In this document: positions 9,643 through 20,800 of the stretch, piece by piece | Layout: each line of letters opens with the position of its first letter | Numbering within the stretch: position 1 is the stretch's first letter | NCBI GenBank assembly: GCA_004431415.1 | Contig: QPMI01000082.1 | Location: forward strand, 13,029 to 77,028 | DNA: 64,000 nt | From: Cyanophora paradoxa CCMP329 | Lineage: Eukaryota > Plantae > Glaucophyta | Direction of reading: 5' to 3' | Translations under genes and position numbers: made by a program | The notes under the pieces: generated by a model | Databases searched by the model: none | Told to the model about the DNA's origin: nothing | What the model saw: only the letters and a program-made list of their open reading frames with translations

Positions 9643-10672
9643 TCACGATACCGATTGCGAGGACCGGGTGAGGATGAATATGGAGCCCTGCGCCGGCAAG
9701 CGTGTGATAATCGGTGTGGTGCTACGGAGGGGGTTGGGCGCCATAGGATCTTAATAAAAAAGCGCGGGCGGGACGTCGACAGGGCGGGGCGGATGCGAGC
9801 CTTGTCCCCGCGCCCGATACGCATCTCAGGATCGAGGAACGTAGTGTCGAGCCAGCCTTCGGGGCGGTTCAGGAGGGGCAGGCGGAGCTCGAAGGGGAGG
9901 CATGGGAGCTTGAGGACCGCCGCCTCGAATATGACCCCCACGCGCCGCTCCGAGAGCACCGCGAAGCGCGCGTCGATTGCAAAGTAGGGAGGGGTCCCAG
10001 CCGACCCCCCCGCCCCGAAGGCGAGCTCCACCTTGTTCTGCACCCGGCCTTGCGCCACATCGATCGCCTGGAAGGCCCGTCCCGTCCTGACGAATTTCTC
10101 CCTCTGCATCGCTGTGTCAGCCAGTCACCTTGAGCTCGGCCGTCTGGACGCCGGCCGCGGCTGGTGACGCGTGCGGCGCACGGCGCTGCAGCTGGCCCGC
10201 CGCGCGCGCGCAGCCGCTCCGCGGCATACCGCAGCACCAGTGCGGGGCGGGAAATCACCTTGACCGGGTCACTCGCCGAGGCTGGCGAAGTCTCCAGTAC
10301 TTTCTGGCCCAGCGGCCGCTGCGGCCGCTCCTCCCCGCTCGCGCTCCAAGAGTCGCGCCCGCCGTCCAGAAGCGCGGGACCCGTGTAGATTAAGTCCCAC
10401 AGCCCGTCCAGGAGCTCCGCTCCTTCCTTTGTTGGCCTGCAGTCGGATTGTGCTTACTAGTACGCGTATTTGCCGCGCTGCACGCGGCCAGCATACCGTG
10501 GCGTAGGATTCGACCCCTCAAGCCTGTCCACAAGAAATTGGATTTCTCGCCTTTCAGCAGGCGAGACGCGCTTGCCGCGCTCTGTCGACGAAGCGATATG
10601 GATGAGCCGCTGCTTGTCCACCGGCGACGCTGACTGCGCTCCAGCGCGTGCTACGAGTGGGGCTGCGAACAT
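9643..10672 (-). CDS. PAP/fibrillin plastid lipid-associated protein (multi-exon)
   Basis: STERGKRVS..LVDRLEGSNPTP, LLDGLWDLIYT, FQAIDV..VQNKV, GWLDTTFLDPEMRIGRGDK|GSIFIL. Confidence 0.9.
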
Positions 10673-10761
10673 TGCTGGAGCGGGACGTGTGCTGCAGTGC
10701 CCGCGTTTAGCGGCACCGCCTTCGCCAGCCGGAATCGGACCCGCGGGTCGAAAAAGAGGCT

Positions 10762-10848
10762 GCGAGGACCAGCGAGGATCTGCAACAACCAGCGGGGACC
10801 TGCGAGGGCAGCGAGGACCTGCGAGGACGCAGCGAGGACCTGCGAGGT
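10762..10848. repeat. Degenerate 10-nt minisatellite (GCGAGGACCT-like) in the divergent promoter between fibrillin and the F-box gene
   Basis: About 8 imperfect GCGAGGAC copies. Confidence 0.75.
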
Positions 10849-11034
10849 CGGTGGAGGGGTACACTCGCTTTTTAGTGCGAAGCGGTCAGCTTCCTAGCCG
10901 AGCTTCCGGCATCGTGAGCCCCGCGGAGGGGTCGTAACGTCGTAGAGTGTCCTTTTTTCTGCTTAAGCACCCGCTTGCGAGCCCTTCACAATCGCCGGCG
11001 AGAATCGCCGCGGCCGGACCTGCCCCAAGACAAG

Positions 11035-12627
11035 ATGCATCTACCTGAACCCGAACCCGTCTCGATCTCTTCGCTGCCCTCGGAACTGCTGCTGCACGTC
11101 TTCTCGTTTCTCGACACCCAGGCCTTCGGGCGGTGTTGCTGTGTCTGCAAGCAATGGAAGGGTTTGGCACTGGAGTCGAATTTCTGGGAGATCCAGTGCA
11201 GGAAGGCGCGCCAGGCCATCTCCTCTGCTGGCCTCGTATCTCTGAACACGGCTGCAGATATGGGCGGACTGCAGTCCAGCTGCTCTCAAAGCCCACAACG
11301 GCAGCTGGAGAGACATGCTTGGCCGCCGCCCCCGCCTGTCTCGCGTTGGGTGCGTCACCCTCAGCTTTTGTGGGTCGTTGGGGCAGTGGCCGACAAGCCG
11401 CCCTGCAGCTATGCGACCGACCGAGGTCGCCGAGACGAGAACAAAGACAGCTACCAGGTTATGGAGTTCCACGGTGTCTTTGGCATATTCCACGGTCATG
11501 GGGACTACGGCGCCATCGCCTCGGAGTTCGTAGCTCAGAAGCTGCCGATCTACCTCCAAAACGAGCCTGAGCTCACTGCCCCAGGTTCGCGGACTGGCCC
11601 CTTCCTGCGAATGCGTTGACGCGGCTAACGTTGCTCTGCCCCCCAGGCGACCTCGAGAAGGCGGTCATCCAAGCTTTTCGCGGCGTCGAGGCCGAATTCT
11701 CGCGACGCCCGAAGGCAGAGACGGACACCAGTGGCACGTCAGCCCTGGCGGTGGTGTTCCGGGACCGCGAGGTCGTCATCGCGAACGTCGGCGGCTCGGA
11801 AGCCGTCCTCGGCCGGGCGCGCCCTCCTAACGCGAGTGCCGCGACTGGCAACAGTGGAGGGGCCGCGGGCAGTAGCGTTACGGGCGGCGGGAGCAGCGCC
11901 GCGGCTGCGAGTGGTAGCAGCAAGGCGGCGGAGATGGTCTACGAGACCGTGCAACTTTCGCACTCGCACCTCACCTATGTCCGCCCCGACGAGCGCGAGC
12001 GGTTCGATGAGTTTTCATGTATCCGCGGTCTTGAGTTGTTTGACCGCTTTCCTGTCGCAGTGTGCGCCAGGCGGGCGGGCGAGTGGAGAACGACTACGTT
12101 CACCCGATGTACAGCGCAGGCTACGGTCTCGTGCTCACGCGCTCCATTGGTGATGAGATCCTGAAGCCTTGGGGGGTCACTGCGGAGCCTGAGGTGCGGC
12201 TCGGCGCTGCCCGGGTGCGCGGGCGGGGCGCGGGGTCGGTGCTGAGGGCACGGGGCGGGCAGCTGTGGCGGCACACGTGGAAGGCGGAGGACAAGTTCAT
12301 CATCATGGCGACGCGGGAGCTCTGGAAGTTCGTCTTCGCGACGGACGCGGTGGATATCGTGCGGCGCTCGCGGCACCCGAAGGAGGCGGCGGAGGCCCTT
12401 GTGCGCGAGGCCCGCGGGCTCGGCGCCCCCGGCAACATCACCGCCATCGTCATCGAGCCCTACTCTCCCGCCTCGATGGTCGCCCGCGCCTCTCGCGCCC
12501 CGCCTCGCCCCTCTCACGCGCGCCGCAGTGCGCCGCCCGCGAGGCCCGCGAGCTCCCCACGGCGCGGGAAGCGCGAGATCTTAGCACTGCTCGCAAGTCG
12601 GCGGCGGGTCCGAGCACCCAATGCTGA
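11035..12627 (+). CDS. F-box protein fused to a PP2C/PPM-like domain (probable pseudophosphatase; multi-exon)
   Basis: F-box ISSLPSELLLHVFSFLD..CCVCKQW. PP2C scaffold GRRDENKD, VFGIFHGHG, SGTSALAV, IANVGGSEAV, LTRSIGD, GVTAEPE, FIIMATRELW, GNITAIV. Confidence 0.85.
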
Positions 12628-12943
12628 ATCGTGCTTCATCTCTATCGCTGCATCCGATTTCCCACCGGCCCAACGTTCACTCCCTCCTGGGCAGCCCTCT
12701 CCCTTTCTGTCGATCTGCCCGTCTCTCTCCTTTTCTCTTACATTCTTTTCTGCACCCTGCTGTCTCCTCTTCCGTCCCTTATCGCGCGTTTCCCTCGCAC
12801 GCGTTCGTTCGGCATCAAGTAGTTGTACTCTCTGGTATGAATATCCTCGTATATAGTCCGCCTACGTTTAGATTGTGCGCGTAGTTCTGTAGGTGCCCCA
12901 AACCAATTCTTGCCTACTAGGCTATGGATCCAGACGTCGACCT

Positions 12944-12974
<31 letters not shown>

Positions 12975-13069
12975 GTTCGCTGCCGAGCCTCGCCGGCGCC
13001 GCGGCCGCGCCTGGCCTCAAAAGCGTGGAAGTGTTAAGCGCTTATAATTAGCCGGCAGTCGGCGTCTAC

Positions 13070-13521
13070 ATGGCGAACTCTGCTGGCCCGTCGTCGGCAG
13101 CGGAGTTGCTGTCAGAAGGATTCCTCGCGAACTACACTCCAGTGCTCGACACCGTTGAGCGGCAGCTGCATGAAGTAATGTGCGCAGCGCCATGCGGATA
13201 GCGCTGCCCGCTTGCCGTGTTTGACGCAGCGACAGGGAGAGCCAACGCAAGCTCCTTGCCGAGTTCCAGGAGGAGAACACGAGGCCGATTCCCATTCACG
13301 TCTTGCAACAAATACACGAATCGGTCCGCACCGCGCGCTCCGGGAGTTCGATGCAGCGCGCTGACCGCATGCAGGTGGCGGCGACGTGGACCTACTCGCG
13401 CAAGATCGCCGCGCTGCGCGAGGAGATGATGCGGGCGCAGGAGCGCGCAGACATTCTGATGAGGCGCACGGTGAAACTTCGGAGGCGCGCGGCAGAAGCG
13501 GCGGCGAACCCCGCCAGCTGA
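13070..13521 (+). CDS. BLOC1S6: BLOC-1 subunit 6 (pallidin)-like
   Basis: LLSEGFLANYTPVLD..QLHEV|..Q.KLLAEFQEEN..|..YSRKIAALREEM..ILMRRTVKL follows the pallidin/snapin pattern; two short introns. Confidence 0.7.
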
Positions 13522-14298
13522 TGCTCTCGTTCTCATTCTCTGTACGTGCAATGCAGTCCTGGAGAACGTTTGCCCCTCAATCGGGTCCGCGCGCTGCTAG
13601 GACTACCGTAGTACAGGCGCCGCTTTTTCCTCGGGGGCGGGGCTGCCGAGGACCCGGACGTCTCCGGCGCAGGGCTTGAGCCGGGCGAGCTGATCCCGGC
13701 TAACGGCTTGCTATATATATGCCATGATGGCCAACGCGTACGCGTACGGCTGCAATCGACCCGACGGCCGGCTAGCAATGCCACTCATGATCAGCGACTT
13801 TTGCTCGTACAACGTTAACGGTACTCGCCGAGTCGGCCCAGTACTGCGCATGCGCACTGCGGCATGCCGGGCCGCATGCGCAGTGCATGTGCGCATGCCG
13901 CCCGGCGAGCCTCGGAGCTCGAGTCGCCTGCCACGGTCACCGGTTGCATGCGCATGCGCACTGCCGCAGTGCAGCTGCAGCGCTAGCTGGTGCACGTACA
14001 GCGCTAGCGCAGCCGCCGAGCTCGCGGATCAAGAGTTCCTAATTACAACTATACACATATGAACGGTAAATCTCAAGCGTCAGGCTATGACTGCGCCTGC
14101 GCGTCGCGTATGCTAATTTTCGACAACGCCTTTCATCTTACGAAAAATATTCAAGTACAACGCGAGGTCCAAAAGTAAACAGGTCTAGATCTATCGGGAT
14201 CGCGAGATTCTGCACGTTATGGCCTGTGCTTCGAGCCAGGTACCAATTGCAACCTTTCGACCAGTTTAATAGACCGATGATCTTGATTTAGAACGAAG

Positions 14299-16247
14299 TC
14301 AAGCGGCGGCGCCGGCCGCGGCCTGGGCCGGGGTGGTTGACGCGGTGGCCTGGTGGTGCGGGTGGGGGCGTGAGGGCCGCGGGCAAGGTGGGCGCTGCGG
14401 GACCAGCGCGGGGCGCACGTCGGAGGCGGGCTTGGGGGCGGGGTCGCCCTTGCGGGTCATCATCTTGGCGTAGAGGGCCTTCTCCTTCTCGCGGTACTCC
14501 TTCTCCGCCGCCACGATCCGCCCGTGCTCCGCCCGCAGCTCCGCGTTCCCGGGCTGCAGCTTGATGGCCCTCCCGCACTCCTCTTTCGCCCGCCCGAATT
14601 CCCCCAGCTGCACAAGGGTCAGAGGGGCGCCAGGGCGGGGAGGGCGGGGGTCGGGGCGGGCCATGAGGAGGGCCTGGGCGCGGCGGAAGAGGGCCTTGAC
14701 GTTCTCCTTGTCCTCCTCGAGGGCCTTGCCGCACGCCGTCTCCGCCTCCTTCGCCTCCCCGAGCTTCAGGCGCGCCTGCGCCAGGTTGAGGCACGCCGAC
14801 ACCTGCCGCCCGCGTCATCGCCGCGCGCGCGGCCCGGCGGGGGCGCCTGACGCGCCTTGATCTCCCGGATCTTGGCCTTTTGCTCGTCCGTCGCGCTCGA
14901 TGGCAGGTACGAGAAGAGTTCCAGGCACTGCCAGTATGGCCAGGGTCAGCGACGTAAACCGCGCATTCGAGAGAGGGGGGGGGGGGGGGGGGGGGGGAGA
15001 GGGGGAAGGGGGGGGGGAAGAGGTGAAGGGGGGTGGGGGTTCTGGTGTGCGTGTGTGTGGGGGGGGGACTAGGGGAAGAGGTGGCGTGTCGGTGGGATGC
15101 GCACGGCATCATACTTCTTGGCGCTGCGCGGCGTCGTCAGCAGGAGGAGCAAGCCGCGGGGCCGGGGGCGCGCTTACGCGGTTGCGTAGTCGGCGCGCTT
15201 GTAGAAATCGTTGCCGCGCTCCTTCCGCTTCACGCCGGCCTCGAGCTTCTCCGCGACATCCATCTCCCACGACTCCTTCTCCCACCCGGGCTCCGCGTTC
15301 TCGAAGCCCGTGAGCTCCACGTCGTACGTCGTCGTCTCCTGCATGGCGCCACCCGCACGTCAGGTCACAGAGAGACCATAGCGCGCGTTGTTCGGAGCCA
15401 AGGGTCCCCTAGCAAGAAGCGCGCCGCACCGTCTCAGGAATGTCGCCGCTGGTCCGCCGCCAGTTGCGGATTGGGTACTCCTTCACCTGGGCCCTGCGCA
15501 ACCCCGCCGTCGGTCCGGCTGGGCAACATACGATAATCCGCGCACGCGCACGCGCAAGCGGTCGGCCGCGCGGACGTACTTACCCGAACTCCGGGCTGCA
15601 AACGAATCGCGCCTTCTCCCCTGCCCGCATTGTCGCGATGCCTTCCTCCCAGCCTTTGATCACACGTCCCTAGAGGAGGATAGATGTCCTGTCGGTTCGG
15701 GTGGGATCGAGAAGATTCCAGATCGGAAAGCGGAACCTTGGAAAGCTTGAACTCGTACGGCTTGCCGTCTTCATTGCTATCGAAGTGAGTGCCATCCTCA
15801 CGGTACGCTGCGCGCGCGCGCCGGCACGTCAGCCTGCAGCTGGGAGCGGCGGCCGCGGCACGGTTCGGCTGAGCTTCGAATTTGAGGGCCGAGCACAGAA
15901 ATCGAAAATTGCGAGGCAAAATCAAACCCAGTACAGCACACCGTCAAAGCGAACGAAGCACTTGGCGTACGCTTCCGGCTTCGCTTCGTCTATATCTGAC
16001 TCCTTTAGCACGAACTTGGTCTGCATATCGCGCGTCAGCAGGCGGCATATCCGGACGAGCGCGTAGTATCAATGCGCACCAGGCCCGGTGCGAGCTCGAC
16101 GGCCTTGGACTTGTCGACGTTCTCCCAGCTGAGAGGGGGCTTCGACTCCTTCATGGAATCCGCGGCGGGCTCACCGTCGTCGACCTCATCCATGCTGACG
16201 TCGTCGGCAATGGGCTCTGCAACCTTCGGCGCGTCGGCGTCCGCCAT
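14299..16247 (-). CDS. FKBP-type peptidyl-prolyl isomerase with TPR repeats (multi-exon)
   Basis: EDGTHFDS, VIKGWEEGIATMRAGEKARF, YDVELTGF, KERGNDFYK, LNLAQARLKL, NVKALFRRAQA, KEKALYAKM. Confidence 0.9.
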
Positions 16248-16431
16248 TGCTTGCGGTGCTGGGACTGGTGTTGGATGGCGGCGGAGCGCTCAAATTCGAA
16301 TGCGCGAAATGCGCGGCGCGGCGCGAATTTATAGGCGGGGTGGGAATTCGAAGCTGCACGAAGCTTCGATGCGAGGAAGTCTACCCCCTTCGTACTGTAC
16401 TATGCGCAACATGTACCCGTGAACGAAAAAA

Positions 16432-17358
16432 ATGAACATCGCGCCCATCAATTACATCAAGCTCGGGCGCGCGGGGCCCAAGCAGAGGAGGGAAGCGCTC
16501 GCCGCGCTCCTTCCCCCAGGGCATCGTCTCTTGCCCGCGCCCGGCCTCCCCGCTCGGTCGGCCCCGCCCGGCAGCGACGCGTCGGACGAGCTCGTTGTGC
16601 GCCATGTGCTTCACGAGTGGGCGCATCGTTGGGCGCTCGCGCACGGCGCCGGCCATGTCCTGCAGATCCTGCGGATCTTGCACGACAACCCTGTGGACGG
16701 CGACAAGGACCTGTTCGGCAAAGATCGAAAGCGCCCGGGTGCATGCTTCTTTCGCGTTTATCCTGCTCGCAGACTTCCTGAGCACTTCGTCGCAGACTTC
16801 CTGATTGAGTTCGAGCACTTCGTCGTTGTGGTGGAGGTGGACGAGCGGGGCCACGGGCGCACCAACGCCTTCGCTCGACGCTTCCTGAGTGCCGCGCTCC
16901 GCTACAGGCGCTCCGCGGAGGACGCCCGGATGCTCAAGATCTACGAGCAGATCCTCGAGGTTCGTCAGATCCTCGAGGTTGAGCAGCCTCTGATGCGAGC
17001 ATGCGCAGATCTACGGGAAGCCAACAAAGTTCATTCGACTCGCAACGCCCGACTCGCAGTCCCAACGCCCCAACACGGCGACTCTCCTCAGTTCTCTCGA
17101 GCGCGTCGTGGCAGACGGAACACCCACGGAGCGCGAGTGGCGGAGCGCGAGCGCGAGCGCGCGCTGCGGTGGCGGTGGCGGTGGCGGAGCGCGAGCGCGG
17201 TGGCGGAGCGCGAGCGCGAGCGCGCGCTGCGCGCGGCGGCGGAGCGCGAGGCGCGCGGGCGGCCAGGGGTGATCCGCCGGGTCCCGGACTCCCATCGGGG
17301 CTCGCTTAGTCGCGGTAGACCTGTGGATCCTTCCTATTGGAAACGGAAATCTCGTTGA
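16432..17358 (+). CDS. Intronless PD-(D/E)xK/Vsr-like endonuclease of giant-virus type; C-terminus degenerate (possible pseudogene)
   Basis: ADFLIEFEHFVVVVEVDERGH..Y..EDARMLKIYEQ, followed by a local duplication (QILEV twice) and low-complexity GCGCGA repeats. Confidence 0.6.
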   Translation: MNIAPINYIKLGRAGPKQRREALAALLPPGHRLLPAPGLPARSAPPGSDASDELVVRHVLHEWAHRWALAHGAGHVLQILRILHDNPVDGDKDLFGKDRKRPGACFFRVYPARRLPEHFVADFLIEFEHFVVVVEVDERGHGRTNAFARRFLSAALRYRRSAEDARMLKIYEQILEVRQILEVEQPLMRACADLREANKVHSTRNARLAVPTPQHGDSPQFSRARRGRRNTHGARVAERERERALRWRWRWRSASAVAERERERALRAAAEREARGRPGVIRRVPDSHRGSLSRGRPVDPSYWKRKSR

Positions 17359-17804
17359 CGGAAAATCCTTCCTCTGCAGCTGTCTGTGTCTGTGCTGGGG
17401 GGGCAACCACGGGCGATGCCTTTCGCGATGCCTCGAGGCGATGTCTCCTCTAGATCTCTCCTCTCGCGAGGCGATGCCTTCTCCTCAAGATCTCTCCACT
17501 CGAGGCGATGCGCAAGCGCCGGGACAAGCGCCGGGGGGGGGGAAGAAACTCCGGGGTACTGCGACACCGCCTGTAGCGTGTTGGCGCCGGCGTGGTGCGC
17601 GTGAAAGAGAAAAAAAGAAAGCAGCCCTCTTGCTTGCAAGCCGCAACGCGCAGCAGAGACCGCGCTGGCGCAGCAGCACCAGCCCGCGCAGCCCCAGCCC
17701 GCGCAGCACCACAGCAGCGGCCCCGGCCCGCGACGCGCGCGGCCGTCGGGGGCTATCGGCCTCGGCCCTGAGCTTCCTCGTCAACCAAACGATACGCTGG
17801 CAAG

Positions 17805-20800
17805 ATGCAGCTCAACGGGGGTCCGCTGGACCCCTTCTTCAACATAGTCTTGGCCGGCGGGGCGGCGACTGTAGCGAATCCTTACGAGCAGGCATTGCAT
17901 GCGGGGACTAGTTCGAGCCAGGCGGACTCCGCGCGCGCAGCTGTAGCCGCCCTCGCTTCCAATGCTGGCTTGGTCGCTGCAGCCGCGTCGGAGGCTGCTG
18001 CCGCCGTCGCAGCGGCCGCCGCGGCGCAGCAGCAGCATCACCAATCTCAACATTCGCAGACTCCTCCGCACTCCCAGCACATCTCTCAGCACCCCGCGCA
18101 AGGACAGAACCAACAGGGACACGGAGCGCAGCCGGCGTACCGGCCCGCACAGCATTCCAGCCCGCAGCTTTCATCCCAGGGGCACCGAATGGACGTTTCT
18201 TATCTGGCCGCTCGCCCGACGCCAGCCCCGACTTCGACTCCCACGCTCAGCGAACTCCTGGGGGGACCGTCCTTCGATCCGTCCAAGGCCGTGACTGCGC
18301 AGGACCTGACCCAAATTTTCCACTATCTTGCGCAGCAAGCTGTCCAGCAACAACAGCAACAGCAGCCGCAGCCGCCGCCGCCGCAGCAGCAGCAGCAACA
18401 GCAGCATCATCATCATCAGCCGCCGCCGCCGCCGCCGCTGCCTCCGCCGCCGCCGCTGCAACGGCAGGTGCTGCAGCCGCAGCATCAGACCCAACATGTA
18501 CAGCCTCAGTTACCATCCCTTTCATCGCATTTCCCACCGATACCTCCACCGGCGCCTTCCTCTGCCCCCTCTTCTTCTTCTTCTTCCTTTTCCCACCCCC
18601 ATCCTTGCACAGCGGCACCTCCATCTGCGCCTCCTTCTCGATTTTCCTCTTCAGGCCAGTTTGGTTCCTTTCTGGAGGACCCATTCCGCGCACTGCAGGC
18701 CGTGGCCGCGGCCGCGACAGCACCAGCCGCGGCCCCATCCGCGACTGCGGTGGCTGACGCCTTTTGGTCCCTGGGCGAGTCTACGCAGAGTATCATTGCT
18801 GCAGCCGTAGCTGCGAGCGCGCAGGCTGCGGCCGCGTCGAACACCGCAACCACACTAGCGCCACTACCACCTCCGCCGCCGCCGCCGCCACCGCCGCCGC
18901 CGCAGCAGCAGCAACATCAACATCAACAACAGCAACAACAACAGCAGCAGCAGCAGCAGCAACAGTCACGCGCCCAGCCCGGCGGGCCGCAGCAGCAAGC
19001 GGCGCTGCCAGGGTCTGGCGCGATGACGGCTGCGCAGGCGGCGTGCATGGCTCAGCTTGCAGCGTCGAGTCCGTCGGTTGCGGCAATGTTTTCCGCGCTT
19101 ATATCATCGCACCCCGCTGCTGCCGCTGCTCTCGCATCGTTTCTCGTCTCCAACGTCGCCGTCCATTCTGCGCCCGAACCACTCCGGCACCCGCCCCCGC
19201 CCCATTCCGCCTCGGAGCCGGCGCCTCAGTCCCCCTTCCCTACATCCTCGGCCATCCTGCAGGCCGCCCAAGCGGCAGCATCGCCGGCGCAGCCGCCACG
19301 ACTGCAGCAGCTCGCCGCCGCCGCCACGCCGCACGCGGGGACAGCGGGGTCGTCGGCGGGGCAGGCCCCGGCGCAGGGCCCTGTGGCGGCGGCGATGGCG
19401 GCGGCGGCAGCGGCGGGGCTCTTCGCAGCAAGTTCGACGGAGGCGCCGCACGTCTGGACGCCCTCCTTCCTGACGCCCTCAGACCCCGCCCTCATGGGGT
19501 CCCAGGACCCTCACGCCCTCCTCGGTCCGCCCGCGCAGCCCGCCCCTCCCCCTCGCGCCCCGCCGACGCCGCCGCAGGCTTCGACCCCGTGATGCCCAAC
19601 GCGGTGCCGTCCGCCCTTACGCGTCCTCCCCCCGAGCCGTCGCCGCCCGCCCCGGCCTGGCCTACACAGAAGCAACCCGCCGTGTCCGCCCTGCCCCTCG
19701 GCGGACAGGCGCCACGATCCGTCTAACTCGGCCGCAGGCGCTTCGCGCCGACGGCGCTGCACCTGAACCCTGGGGCGGCGACGCCGGGCGGGGGTGTAAA
19801 GCTGGAGGGGGCGGTGCGGGCGAGCGTGAGCCACGCCACCTCGTGGCGCGACGCACAGCAGATTCCCCGCAACACGTCCGCCCAGCCCCTCTCGCCTCCT
19901 GCGCCCGCACTGACCCCGCGGCAGGGACCGCAGTCTCTTTCAGCCCGGCACGTCCGATGCGCCCCAGGGGAACGCAGCACCGCCATCGGGCCCAAACCCT
20001 CTCCCTGCCACCCCTCCGCACGCGCCGAGTGGCCTGCCGCCCCCCCCCGTTTCGGGCTCTCCCGGCTGGCGGCCGCCCCCTGCTCCAATGGTGCCGAGCC
20101 TACCTCCTCCGCCTGGGGCTAGCCCCGTGGGGCCGCCCCTTTTGCTTCACGCCCTCGGCCGGCAGGCCCCGCGGCCCGGCGCAGAGGCCGCCGCCCCCTC
20201 TCCCCTCGGGCCCTCCCCTCCGCCCCCTGGGGCCATCCCGGCCGGCCCTCTCGGCGCTTTCCCGCTTGCGCGGAGCGACCCGCACTCGCATCCGCCGCTG
20301 CCGGGCGCCGCGCAGCTGCGGCCTCCCTACGCGCAGGCAGCGGTCGGTCCCGTCCCGCCTGCCGTGGCACCGGCGGTGGCGAGCAAGGGGGCCGGGGCGG
20401 GGGCGGGCGGGCAGCAGTCGACGCCGCCGCTGGGGCCGCAGGGGGCGGGGGTGCTGGCGCCCTCGCGCTCTTCCAACTCGTCGAGCGCCTCGTCGTACCC
20501 GCCAACGCCGGCCCTCTCCAGCGCCTCCTCTTCCTCCCGCAAGGGGCCCCCCTCCCACTCCGAGGCCCGCCCGCCCGCCACTCCCGCCCCCGACGCCCCC
20601 GCCGACCCCCTCTCGCAGATCGAGCGCAAGCGGCGGGACTTGATGACGGAGCGGATCGGGCAGCTGAAGAACCTGCTGCCGGCGAGCGAGCTGGCGCTGG
20701 GGAGCAAGAGCACGCAGGCGGCGATCCTGGGGTCGGCTGCGCGGTACATCGGGACGCTGCAGGCGGAGAACGCGCAGCTGCGGGAGGCGCGGGGCAGCCT

